Of a DNA stretch of 64,000 nt, positions 55,915 through 64,000 are shown in pieces. The notes beneath the pieces were generated by a model. That model ran no database searches and was not told the origin of the DNA. It saw nothing but the letters and a program-made list of their open reading frames with translations. The position numbers were made by a program, and so were the translations under genes. The stretch is from a virus: IMG/VR virus record IMGVR_UViG_3300046454_000807, positions 14,575 through 78,574 of that record; one strand, given 5' to 3'. Within the stretch, counting starts at the first letter, position 1. Each line of letters begins with the position of its first letter.

Positions 55915-56144
55915 TGGCCTTCAACGAGACCGACATCCAGGAGGCGTTCGAGTGTGCGAGAGCCAGGGATCGCAACGTCGAGTCTGAGCCCTGGAAGCAC
56001 ACCACCACGGATGAAGAGAAGGTCTTCGAGCACCTGCGCGGTAGCTGCCCCTGTGATCTTCGCCGCTGCGCTCACTGTCGCAAGCGTTCGACGAACAACA
56101 TGCCGAAGCACGAGCCCACCTGCCCGATGGAAATGAAGAGATGA
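55914..56144 (+). CDS. small Cys-rich hypothetical protein
   Basis: Coupled to neighbours. Confidence 0.5.
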   Translation: MAFNETDIQEAFECARARDRNVESEPWKHTTTDEEKVFEHLRGSCPCDLRRCAHCRKRSTNNMPKHEPTCPMEMKR

Positions 56145-56353
56145 AGACGGGACGTTTCATCGACGCGCAGGGTCTACGGGCCGAGGTCTCCGCGACACAG
56201 GCTCCCGGAGCTGGGATGGCCGCCGAGGGAGAGCCTGTGTCGCCCAGTATCGAGATCAAGATCACAGGCGAGGGGCGACTGACTCCGGCGAACTGGGTGG
56301 AATTCTCGGAGCGCGTCGCGAGGGCGATCGAGGAACTGGAAGGCCGACGATGA
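56141..56353 (+). CDS. hypothetical protein
   Basis: Coupled to neighbours. Confidence 0.5.
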   Translation: MKTGRFIDAQGLRAEVSATQAPGAGMAAEGEPVSPSIEIKITGEGRLTPANWVEFSERVARAIEELEGRR

Positions 56354-56661
56354 CGCGCGCCGAAGCCTTGAAGGAGGCGGTCGAGCGCGCCCGCGAGGAC
56401 CCGGACCTCGATGTGCAGGTGTTGGTGCAGCAATTGCTCGACGAGGAGCCGGTGCCGGCGGAGAACAACCGGCGCCAGGCGATCGAGCTGATCCAGGCCG
56501 CAGAGGGATTTGCCAAGCGCCTCGGTGAGGACAAGGATGCGATGCTGACGGTGGCGATCTGCGGTGTCGGCTATGCCCTCCTCGCCAACGGTGAAGACGC
56601 CGAGTTCTTCTATGCGATGTTCTCGGGTCCCGATGGTGTGGCCAGGTGCAGACGTGAGTGA
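56350..56661 (+). CDS. hypothetical protein
   Basis: Coupled to neighbours. Confidence 0.55.
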   Translation: MTRAEALKEAVERAREDPDLDVQVLVQQLLDEEPVPAENNRRQAIELIQAAEGFAKRLGEDKDAMLTVAICGVGYALLANGEDAEFFYAMFSGPDGVARCRRE

Positions 56662-56903
56662 AACGCTACGAGCTGAAGTTCCTCGACGGTCCCGGCGGCG
56701 GCAAAGTCATCGAAGCCGATCATGTCCACAAACGGGTGTGGCTCGTCAACTCGGGGCGACGCATGTGGACGTTCCACGAGCCCGAGCGTATGCCGGGGTA
56801 CCAGATCGAGGCCGTCTACAAGCTGCTCGGGCACGCCCCGCGGCTCGACGGCCACGATCTCCTCGTCTACGGGCTCGACGAATCGTCCCCCCATCGCGGT
56901 TAA
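56658..56903 (+). CDS. hypothetical protein
   Basis: FLDGPGGG motif; coupled. Confidence 0.55.
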   Translation: MKRYELKFLDGPGGGKVIEADHVHKRVWLVNSGRRMWTFHEPERMPGYQIEAVYKLLGHAPRLDGHDLLVYGLDESSPHRG

Positions 56904-56909
56904 AGGGGT

Positions 56910-57278
56910 ATGAAGCTCCGATGTCCAGGCTGCGCGCAGCCCGTGGTCGGCTCCAGCGATCGACTGGAGTGCGAGTTCTGCGGTGCCGAGTTCAAACGGC
57001 ACGAGGGACTGATCTCGGTCGCCGACGCCATGCGCCTGACCAAGGCAATCGGTCACGACTTTCGGGTGCGAATCCTTCTCTCCTTCGGCGAATACAAAGA
57101 GCAGTCGGCATCCGACCTCAGCGAGCGGCTCGACCTTCCCATCGGAACGATCTGTCATCACCTGAATGCGCTTCGAGAGGCCGAGCCGCCCTTCTTGCTG
57201 GTGACCCGCAAAAAGCACGGTCGCGGCTCACCCCAACTCTTCTACGAAGTGAACGGAGGCATTCTTGGCGCGGGATAA
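56910..57278 (+). CDS. zinc-ribbon + ArsR-type winged HTH regulator
   Basis: CPGC..CEFC; AIGHDFRVRIL..SASDLSERL..TICHHLNALREA. Confidence 0.75.
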   Translation: MKLRCPGCAQPVVGSSDRLECEFCGAEFKRHEGLISVADAMRLTKAIGHDFRVRILLSFGEYKEQSASDLSERLDLPIGTICHHLNALREAEPPFLLVTRKKHGRGSPQLFYEVNGGILGAG

Positions 57279-57504
57279 CATGAGCCCCGAGCTTTCCGCG
57301 GGAAGGATCGACCGGATCGGCTCGATCTTCTGGGGCATTCACGACGCCGAGGAGATCGTCGTCAGAGTGCTCGCCGACTACGCCTTGGTTGGCAAGACGC
57401 CGATCGACGTACTCAAGCAACGTGCAAAGAAACGGGTGAAGGAACATGCGGGTAAAAGTGGGGATGGGGCAAAACCAGCCCCTAAGCCAGAGGCTGCTGA
57501 CTGA
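57265..57504 (+). CDS. hypothetical protein
   Basis: 79 aa. Confidence 0.45.
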   Translation: MARDNMSPELSAGRIDRIGSIFWGIHDAEEIVVRVLADYALVGKTPIDVLKQRAKKRVKEHAGKSGDGAKPAPKPEAAD

Positions 57505-57652
57505 CGACGGAGAGCTGATCGAGGGTGTGAAGTCTGTCGAATGGCAGGCCGACGCGAATGACCCACCCCGAGTAGTGGTCACGTTCTTCGCGGAGAGGGT
57601 CGATTTCGACCTGGAGGATCAACCAGAGGAGGTAGCAGATGTCCCGGATTAA
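57446..57652 (+). CDS. hypothetical protein
   Basis: DGELIEGVKSVEW motif. Confidence 0.5.
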   Translation: MRVKVGMGQNQPLSQRLLTDDGELIEGVKSVEWQADANDPPRVVVTFFAERVDFDLEDQPEEVADVPD

Positions 57653-58385
57653 AGTGACCCTCATCAACGAGTCCACAGTGATGACCGACGACGAACTGGT
57701 TTCGATCGCCGGCGCACTGCAAATTCAGGTCGATCACGACTTCCGGCCGACGTGGGGAGCCGCGGCCGAAATCAAGGTTCTGCCGAAGGATGACCACCCG
57801 CCAGCGGACGAGTTCTGGATCGGCATCTTCGACGACTCCGACCAGGCCGGCGCGCTCGGCTACCACGACCTCACTCCACGGGGACTGCCGATGGGCAAGG
57901 TCTTCGCGAAGACCGACCAGGAATACGGTGCCAAGCCGTCAGTGACGCTCTCACACGAGCTGCTGGAGCTACTCGGCGATCCGTACATCAACCTCACCGC
58001 CTACGACCCCGAGACCCACAGGCTCTACGCCTACGAGTCATCCGATTCGGTGGAGGCGGACGGGCTCGGCTACGAGATCAACGGCATCATGGTCTCGGAC
58101 TTCGTGCTGCGGCCGTTCTTCGACCCGAGCCGGCGCGGCCGCGCAGAGCAGCTCTCGTTCCGCCAGAACGTCACCGAGCCGTTCGCGCTCGCCGAAGGCG
58201 GCTACCTCAGCTACCTCGACCTGCACGACATCGGCGCCGGCTGGCAGCAGGAGTCCCACGCCGCGGCGCCGGAGCAGGGCGAGCGTCGGAATGGCCAGCG
58301 TGCCACCGGCTTCCCGCCGGGCTCGCGCCGTGAGCGTCGCACGCGGCTCGGGCTTCTCGTTCCCAGCCAGATCGAGACCGCGTGA
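57639..58385 (+). CDS. putative zinc metallopeptidase-like protein
   Basis: GALGYHD, LSHELLELLGDP, ESSDSVE and VSDFV motifs. Confidence 0.6.
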   Translation: MSRIKVTLINESTVMTDDELVSIAGALQIQVDHDFRPTWGAAAEIKVLPKDDHPPADEFWIGIFDDSDQAGALGYHDLTPRGLPMGKVFAKTDQEYGAKPSVTLSHELLELLGDPYINLTAYDPETHRLYAYESSDSVEADGLGYEINGIMVSDFVLRPFFDPSRRGRAEQLSFRQNVTEPFALAEGGYLSYLDLHDIGAGWQQESHAAAPEQGERRNGQRATGFPPGSRRERRTRLGLLVPSQIETA

Positions 58386-58693
58386 CCTACCAGGAGCGAG
58401 AGTACCTGTGGGATCGCGTCCGCGGTGGCCCGTGCATCGTTGTCGGGATCAAGTCCGACAAGGCGCTCTACGTGGTGGCAGAGATAGTGGGCTCGCCGCC
58501 CAAGCTGGGCCGGGTGGCGAGCCGCACGGAGGGCGAACTGTGCCGCTACGTGAAAGCGATCATCCCCGAGGACGAGGCTTTCGAGGCGGAAACCATCCTC
58601 CGAGAGGCCACTGACTGGGATTACAACGGCCCCTTGGCGAAGCAGGCTGCGGGTCGCATCCAAGAGGCGAGGGAAAAACGCGGAGTCGCATGA
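58382..58693 (+). CDS. hypothetical protein
   Basis: Coupled; 103 aa. Confidence 0.5.
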   Translation: MTYQEREYLWDRVRGGPCIVVGIKSDKALYVVAEIVGSPPKLGRVASRTEGELCRYVKAIIPEDEAFEAETILREATDWDYNGPLAKQAAGRIQEAREKRGVA

Positions 58694-58860
58694 AGGTTGA
58701 GAACCACGAGCTGGTCAACTACACGCGCTTCCGGCGCCAGCTTTCCCAGGTCATCGGCGACCTGGAGGAGCGTCGCACCGACAAGGTGGTCGTCACCAAG
58801 CACGGACAGATGGCCTTCGTGGTTCTCACCGTTGACAAATACGAGGAGCTGTTGAAATGA
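58690..58860 (+). CDS. Phd/YefM-family antitoxin-like protein (56 aa, not in the ORF track)
   Basis: MKVENHELVNYTRFRRQLSQVIGDLEERRTDKVVVTKHGQMAFVVLTVDKYEELLK; ATGA-coupled at both ends. Confidence 0.7.
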   Translation: MKVENHELVNYTRFRRQLSQVIGDLEERRTDKVVVTKHGQMAFVVLTVDKYEELLK

Positions 58861-59153
58861 ACCAAGAGGATGGCGGGCTTCCACACGTCACCGTCGGCGA
58901 CAAACCTGATCCCGATGAGCGTGTCAACAGCGTATGGGTCCTCGTTGCGATCGACCCCAACGGCGGCGAGGGTGTCTACGGTCAGCAGATCGGCGGCCTG
59001 CTCCAGAACTTCGTCGTCTCCCGCCCCGACATGAAAGACGCGCTGGAGGATTACATCCGTGGACGCGGCTCGGTCGAGGTCTGCCGACGTGAGGGCATCG
59101 AGTTGGAGTGGCGGGAGATGAAGCAGGACGGTGAGGTCGTGAGGATCACGTGA
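58857..59153 (+). CDS. hypothetical protein
   Basis: SD GAGGAG; 98 aa. Confidence 0.55.
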   Translation: MNQEDGGLPHVTVGDKPDPDERVNSVWVLVAIDPNGGEGVYGQQIGGLLQNFVVSRPDMKDALEDYIRGRGSVEVCRREGIELEWREMKQDGEVVRIT

Positions 59154-59494
59154 GGCCCGACCCCGCATCGGCCTCGATGCCGGGGTATGAGCGAACGTGG
59201 CGCTCGCTGATTAATGGCGACTTCGGGACAGCGTGGAACGCCCTCGATCTTTACGCCGCAAAAGACGCCCGTGCCTTCCTCGAACCCAAGATGAAGCGCC
59301 TGTTCCCGGATGACCCGGATAGACAGGAGCAAGGGTTGCAGATCGCTCTCGGTTTCGCCTGCATGGCAGTTCACGCGGAGCGCGAAGAACAGGAGCGTCT
59401 TCAACACCTTGAGCGAGCTACGGAGGCGCGGAGAGTTGCGCCGTCTGAGCCAGAGCCTGACGACGAAGAAGAGATAGAAGAGTTGCGGTGGTAG
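59150..59494 (+). CDS. hypothetical protein
   Basis: Coupled; 114 aa. Confidence 0.5.
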   Translation: MRPDPASASMPGYERTWRSLINGDFGTAWNALDLYAAKDARAFLEPKMKRLFPDDPDRQEQGLQIALGFACMAVHAEREEQERLQHLERATEARRVAPSEPEPDDEEEIEELRW

Positions 59495-60021
59495 CCCCCG
59501 AGATCAGCAAAGAGCACCGCACTATCGCTCGGCGCATGTACAGACGTGCGATGCGCGGGTGGTATGTCGGTAACGAGCGCTCGCTGCGCTTGTACTCGGC
59601 GAGGGCCGATGTCCGCTGGTCGCCGGAGCTATGGATCAGGCTGCTATTCAGTCGGGACCGGATGCACCACTCCGTCGGTTGGTGGCGTAACGCGGAGTAC
59701 GAGTATTGCTGGCACCTGTCGATGTCGGCGTGGGACGCAACGACGGGACCACCGACGCATGGGGAGCCCGAGGACATCCCACCCGAGGTCGAGCGCTACT
59801 GGACCCACGCTTTCTTCCCCGCTGACTTCAACAAGGTATGGCACGAGCCCGGCGGTACTGACCCGAGGCTGACGCCGCGCGAGAAAATGCGCCACCGCCA
59901 CTTCGTTCACCAGCGCATCTTCCTCGACCCCGAGACCTTCCAGCCGTTCGTCCCCCAGGGTGAGGTCTACGATCTCACCCGCTGGATTCCCGGCCTGACG
60001 CCCGACAAGGTGGACCGATGA
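59488..60021 (+). CDS. hypothetical protein
   Basis: HHSVGWWRN..CWHLSMS..VPQGEVY motif. Confidence 0.6.
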   Translation: MVAPEISKEHRTIARRMYRRAMRGWYVGNERSLRLYSARADVRWSPELWIRLLFSRDRMHHSVGWWRNAEYEYCWHLSMSAWDATTGPPTHGEPEDIPPEVERYWTHAFFPADFNKVWHEPGGTDPRLTPREKMRHRHFVHQRIFLDPETFQPFVPQGEVYDLTRWIPGLTPDKVDR

Positions 60022-60521
60022 AGAACAGGATTCCGCCGAAAGAGCTGCGTGAAATCTGGGCGAAAGTACCAAAAATGGTCGATTGCAAGGGCAAGTGTGC
60101 AATGTCCTGTGGGCCGATCCCCGTTTCTTCTATGGAGCGCTCGCTGGTCGAGGAGCGCGCTGGCCACAGGCTGACTACGATGGACAACCCCGGAGTGAAG
60201 AACACTGACGGTCTCATGATTTGCAACATGCTGACAAGCGCGGGTCTGTGCAGCGTGTACTCGATCAGACCTACGATCTGTCGAGTGTGGGGTGTTACGA
60301 AGTCGCTCGCATGTCCGCTCGGCTGCCAACCAGAGCGCTGGCTGACCGACAGAGAGGTCCTCGACCTATTCGCTGAGGTCGAGGCGCTGGCCGGGGATCA
60401 TGAGCACCAAGCGGTCAACGAAATGTTGGCTGGAATGACTCAGATGGAGCGTGGCTTGTGGCGCAAATCGCGCGACCAGATGATCGAGAAAATAAAGGAG
60501 AGGGTCAGTGGGCACTCGTAA
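60018..60521 (+). CDS. YkgJ/CxxCxxCC Fe-S or Zn cluster protein
   Basis: CKGKCAMSCG..C..L..CSVYSIRPTICRVWG motif. Confidence 0.75.
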   Translation: MKNRIPPKELREIWAKVPKMVDCKGKCAMSCGPIPVSSMERSLVEERAGHRLTTMDNPGVKNTDGLMICNMLTSAGLCSVYSIRPTICRVWGVTKSLACPLGCQPERWLTDREVLDLFAEVEALAGDHEHQAVNEMLAGMTQMERGLWRKSRDQMIEKIKERVSGHS

Positions 60522-61299
60522 ATTAGGACCGATGCTCAGCAAACTACGCGCGAGCGTGAAGGAAGCCGCTCATCGCTACTCGCTGTTCGGCAAGATCGAG
60601 GAAGTCGCCGACGCGAGGCGCCACCGCTTCAACGCCGAACTGAAGAAAGCTCGGGAAGGGTTGAAGCAGCTTCGGGGCTTGATCGAAGACCACGGCCTCA
60701 CCCTCTCCACTCGCCAACGCGACGATCTACAGCAGGAATTGGCGCTCGCGGTCCACAGGGTCAAACGCCTGACGAAAAAGCGTGAATTCTGGCGCAACCG
60801 TTACGTGTGGGCCGGTCAGCGCCACAAGCATTGGGGTTCCGTGCTCAAGCACCGGCGCGATCGAGTCCGCCGCTTCATCCTCCAGCACCGAACCTTCCAG
60901 CCCTACATGGCCAACAAGAAGCCGTGGGTCAAGCTCACCCCAGAGGCGCGCTATGCGATCTACCTTGACTTCCGACACGGGCTCTACGTGACCAGCACCT
61001 ACGAGGGGCATCCTGGAGATGGGGTTCACGCGACGACCTCCGGCCACTACATCCAGAACCAGCCTGACGGTCGAGCCCGGTGCTGGGACGCCGGTAGCGG
61101 GCGCCGCGGCCCGATGGTCGCCGGCCAGCGCCGTGAGGCCGGGCGCTGCCCGAGCTTCCTGGTCGAGATGTTCGGCCCGGAGAATGACCTGGCCTACAAG
61201 AATGGGGTTCGCTTCACCCTCGCAGAGGGGACCGAACTGGAGAATATGCACGACAACCACAAGCACGAGTGGCTGAGAGACGGAGCGCCGACGAAATGA
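60508..61299 (+). CDS. putative endolysin, M15/LAS-like zinc peptidase with basic N-terminal coiled coil
   Basis: VTST..H..SGHY..ARCWD..HDNHKH motif; first gene of the lysis cassette. Confidence 0.55.
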   Translation: MGTRKLGPMLSKLRASVKEAAHRYSLFGKIEEVADARRHRFNAELKKAREGLKQLRGLIEDHGLTLSTRQRDDLQQELALAVHRVKRLTKKREFWRNRYVWAGQRHKHWGSVLKHRRDRVRRFILQHRTFQPYMANKKPWVKLTPEARYAIYLDFRHGLYVTSTYEGHPGDGVHATTSGHYIQNQPDGRARCWDAGSGRRGPMVAGQRREAGRCPSFLVEMFGPENDLAYKNGVRFTLAEGTELENMHDNHKHEWLRDGAPTK

Positions 61300-61967
61300 A
61301 CCTTGCCAAGCTGAAGATCAGGCTGCGGAAGCGCGAGGAGCAGCGCGACCGCCAGCACCGACTCTGGAAGCGCACCCACGAGCGCGGCCATGCCAAAGCG
61401 GCCCGCCGTGACTCTCGCGCGGTCAAACGGCTCCGCGGGCTCATCAAGAAGGAGCGCGAACGACGCCACCGGGCGCCCAAGCGCATGTTCGACGACGTGA
61501 CCCTCAGCCTCGTCCCAGAGAAGGCCGAAGCGGTCGGCTGTTACGTCAACGGCGCCTTCAAGAACTGCGCGGAGGCGAAGACGAAGTTCCCCCACGCCCA
61601 CCGACTCTCGATCTCGGTGACGGCCAGCGACCCCAACGCTCGCTGCCTCGACATCGAGGGCGGCGACGCGACGATCGACGAGGCGCCTGGCTGGTTCCAC
61701 GACCATGCGAAGGAGCGCCCGCACGAGGTCCCGGTGTTCTACATCAGCGTGTCGATGGCCGACGAGCTGGTGGCCTACCTGAAGGCGCACGGCATCAAGC
61801 GTCGTCAGTATGACCTGTTCACTGCTCACTACACCTTCGAGCCTCACCTTTGCGGCCCGAAGACCTGTGGTGAATGTCGGGCGCACGCCGACTCAACGCA
61901 GTATTCCGATGTCGCACTGGGGAGAAGTCTTGACGTAAGCAAGCTCTCACCTGACTTCTTCGCATAA
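61296..61967 (+). CDS. putative endolysin, GH25-like glycoside hydrolase with basic N-terminus
   Basis: MFDDV..GCYVNG..CLDIEGGDAT..PVFY..TAHYT..TQYSD..LDVS motif. Confidence 0.65.
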   Translation: MNLAKLKIRLRKREEQRDRQHRLWKRTHERGHAKAARRDSRAVKRLRGLIKKERERRHRAPKRMFDDVTLSLVPEKAEAVGCYVNGAFKNCAEAKTKFPHAHRLSISVTASDPNARCLDIEGGDATIDEAPGWFHDHAKERPHEVPVFYISVSMADELVAYLKAHGIKRRQYDLFTAHYTFEPHLCGPKTCGECRAHADSTQYSDVALGRSLDVSKLSPDFFA

Positions 61968-61980
61968 CAAGAAAGGAACC

Positions 61981-62397
61981 ATGAATATCTGGGAAGCAAT
62001 CACCAAGGGGTTGATGAGGACCCCGCTGGCGAGCACGGTCTTCCTCGCCTACGCGATCGTCGGGGCTGTGATGCTGCTCGCTGGGACGCTGGACTACGGC
62101 GGCTACAGCAACAACCTCCTCGCCGTCGGCATCGCCTGCGGCGCCATCGGGATTCCCCGAGCCGTCTCCAAGATCGCCAACGGGCTCGAATCGTTCAACC
62201 TACTGGGCCTGATCGAGTCGATCCCGATCCCATCGGTCGTCTTCGTCGTCTTCGTGACGGCCAGCTCGGTGGACCTGGCGCTGACCCACATCACGATCGG
62301 CATCTTCTCCGAAAACGTGTTGAAGGTCGGAATTGCCTGTGGGGCCGTTCAGTCGGCCCGAGCGGTCGAGCACGTTTTCGCTCCTTCCGAGGTTTAA
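61981..62397 (+). CDS. holin (four TM helices, internal duplication)
   Basis: Hydrophobic; follows the lysins; SD GAAAGGA. Confidence 0.6.
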   Translation: MNIWEAITKGLMRTPLASTVFLAYAIVGAVMLLAGTLDYGGYSNNLLAVGIACGAIGIPRAVSKIANGLESFNLLGLIESIPIPSVVFVVFVTASSVDLALTHITIGIFSENVLKVGIACGAVQSARAVEHVFAPSEV

Positions 62398-62404
62398 CGG
62401 GGCA

Positions 62405-62432
62405 GCCCGGCGCGGCTTCGGTCGCGTCGGGC
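62405..62432 (+). terminator. UUCG-capped hairpin after the lysis genes
   Basis: GCCCGGCGCGGC-TTCG-GTCGCGTCGGGC. Confidence 0.65.
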
Positions 62433-62444
62433 TATAGTCCTCGG

Positions 62445-62663
62445 ATGGCCGCCTGCCCAGCCTGTGGAACCGAGATTCGAACCATCGAGCTAGACGATGG
62501 CAGGCGCGTCACGGTGGACTCCCGGTCGGAGTTCGGCGTCGGCGCCGATCGTTACATGCTGGACGGAGCGAACCCCAGCCGCGGCTGGCCGGTGCGGCCT
62601 ACCTACGAGGGCTACGCGAACCCTGACCATTCCAGGAGCTGCCCTGCTTCCGAGTTGTCGTGA
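62445..62663 (+). CDS. small zinc-binding hypothetical protein (leaderless)
   Basis: TATAGT-6nt-ATG; CPACG...HSRSCP motif. Confidence 0.6.
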   Translation: MAACPACGTEIRTIELDDGRRVTVDSRSEFGVGADRYMLDGANPSRGWPVRPTYEGYANPDHSRSCPASELS

Positions 62664-62986
62664 TGCTCTCCGGCGAGGGCATCGACGTAAAGGACTTCTG
62701 GCCGCCGCGGGACCGAACCGGATCAATAATCCCTCACAAAATGGAGCTGCCGTTGATGATCCGAGCCTGCCCCCAGGCGCTCGGGTTCTTCGACAAGATG
62801 GTGCCCCCGGAATTCTGGGCCGAAGAAATCGACGACGACGCTACGCCGGAGATCGTGATCTCCTGCGTCTGTGGCCAGCAGCCGGTTTTGAAGTTCGGAA
62901 TGCGGGCGTTCAGCTTGGCCGCCTGCGAGTGTGGCAGAGTCTTCATGCACGATGGGAAGAACATCCGCGTGGGCCGCGAGTCGTAA
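62660..62986 (+). CDS. zinc-ribbon hypothetical protein
   Basis: CVCG..CECG motif. Confidence 0.55.
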   Translation: MMLSGEGIDVKDFWPPRDRTGSIIPHKMELPLMIRACPQALGFFDKMVPPEFWAEEIDDDATPEIVISCVCGQQPVLKFGMRAFSLAACECGRVFMHDGKNIRVGRES

Positions 62987-63029
62987 ATTAGTAACGCCTG
63001 GCAATCCCAGACCACCCGGATTCGGATGA

Positions 63030-63254
63030 GTGAGCGCTACACGAGACCCAAAACGCCCCGCTCGGAACTTTCCCTGGGTGGGGATCGGCCTCGCCTGCGT
63101 CGTGGCGGGGATCGCGGTCTACCAGGTCATGGTCTCGGCGAAACACTCCGTCGATCACTACGTGATTGGAGCGCTTGTGATCCTGGCTCTGGCCTTCGCT
63201 GGGCAGCTTGGGGACCGTTTCCTCGATCGCTTCGACAGGTGGGGTGGCCGATGA
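63030..63254 (+). CDS. small two-TM membrane protein
   Basis: Two hydrophobic helices. Confidence 0.55.
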   Translation: MSATRDPKRPARNFPWVGIGLACVVAGIAVYQVMVSAKHSVDHYVIGALVILALAFAGQLGDRFLDRFDRWGGR

Positions 63255-63349
63255 GGGCATATGCTCTCTCCGTGCTCCAGCGGAACATCCTGACGCTGCT
63301 CGGAGGGACCTTTGGGATCGTCCTGGGGGTGTCGATCGGATGGCTGTAG
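63251..63349 (+). CDS. 32-aa single-TM peptide
   Basis: MRAYALSVLQRNILTLLGGTFGIVLGVSIGWL; coupled to neighbours. Confidence 0.4.
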   Translation: MRAYALSVLQRNILTLLGGTFGIVLGVSIGWL

Positions 63350-64000
63350 AGAGCCCGGCGCTGAACAGCCTCACGGTCTTCCTCCGGCGCAATGTGCTGA
63401 CGCTGACCCTCACGGTGATCGGCGTCTTCGGCGTCGGCTGGTGGCTCTCCAACATCGAAGGGCGGATCACCAAGGTCGAGCACAACCAGACGATCGAACG
63501 TGAGGTCACGCGCTTCAACTGCATCGAACACCCGCAGGGCCATCTCTGCCTCGTCGGCGTGCGACGGGCGATCGCTCGCTGCCTCGAAGACACGCGGTGC
63601 TCGGCGCTGTTGGCCTCGGCGCCCGCGGCCCACCACAGCCTGCGAGAAGCCGGAGTCCCTCGGCACCCCACGGGGCATCCCCCGCACGGTCCTCCTGAAA
63701 CTTCCCCCGCACCCGTCGCCCACGAAGGGCACCACGGAACTACTCACCACCACGGGCACTCGCCACCCGCGCCGCCGCATCATGGCCACGGGCACGGAGG
63801 GGGTGGTCACTCTGGCGGTCATAGGCACCATCCTGGGCCGCCACCTGTGCCTGAACCTTCGACGCCGGCTCCTGCGCCGGCGCCGACCCCCGGTAATGCA
63901 CCCGAAGGCAAAGGGGGCGAAGTCTGCGTGCGGAACCCGGCGCTGCCCGCCTGCGTCCATGCAGGCTCGAACGGGGTCGGGGCGGAAGTCGGCGGCGTTG
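63340..64000 (+). CDS. membrane-anchored His/Gly/Pro-rich protein (partial, runs off the window end)
   Basis: ATG at 63340; TM helix, four Cys, then HGH/PP low-complexity sequence; no stop before 64000. Confidence 0.6.
   Translation, partial: MAVESPALNSLTVFLRRNVLTLTLTVIGVFGVGWWLSNIEGRITKVEHNQTIEREVTRFNCIEHPQGHLCLVGVRRAIARCLEDTRCSALLASAPAAHHSLREAGVPRHPTGHPPHGPPETSPAPVAHEGHHGTTHHHGHSPPAPPHHGHGHGGGGHSGGHRHHPGPPPVPEPSTPAPAPAPTPGNAPEGKGGEVCVRNPALPACVHAGSNGVGAEVGGV

Overview
High-GC, densely coding segment of a long-tailed (siphovirus-type) dsDNA phage. It probably infects Actinomycetota; the many leaderless genes support this, and one DNA-binding protein tentatively points to Thermoleophilia/Solirubrobacterales. 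Modules in order: (1) tail morphogenesis, 1-14.7 kb: major tail protein, frameshifted tail assembly chaperone, tape measure, baseplate, fibre/lectin proteins and a zincin-domain protein. (2) Recombination/replication, 15.3-21.8 kb: ssDNA-annealing protein, Cas4/RecB-like nuclease, initiator, DnaB-like helicase, SSB-like protein, RNase HI. (3) An 8.6-kb glycan-building cluster: six glycosyltransferases, an NDP-sugar epimerase, two SAM methyltransferases and a C5 DNA methyltransferase. (4) An SNF2 helicase and a sigma factor. (5) A leftward operon with a tyrosine recombinase, a stand-alone RuvB and a secreted metalloprotease. (6) A compositionally distinct, putatively early region, 38.8-43.5 kb, with back-to-back host-type promoters, a second very divergent sigma-like gene, acidic proteins and several hairpin-dense non-coding stretches. 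(7) About 45 small accessory genes with a tRNA-Leu(UAA). (8) A two-endolysin plus holin lysis cassette and membrane proteins. No head or terminase genes, DNA polymerase, CI-like repressor or CRISPR array were seen. There are two best candidates for something undescribed. The first is a two-sigma-factor cascade accompanied by at least four structured non-coding RNAs (17.5, 32.4, 40.1 and 42.9-43.3 kb) that share short complementary words. The second is a multi-enzyme glycosylation pathway whose substrate may be Ala-Ser-Gly motifs enriched in a tail-fibre protein. All functional calls come from motif recognition by eye; no searches or folding programs were run.
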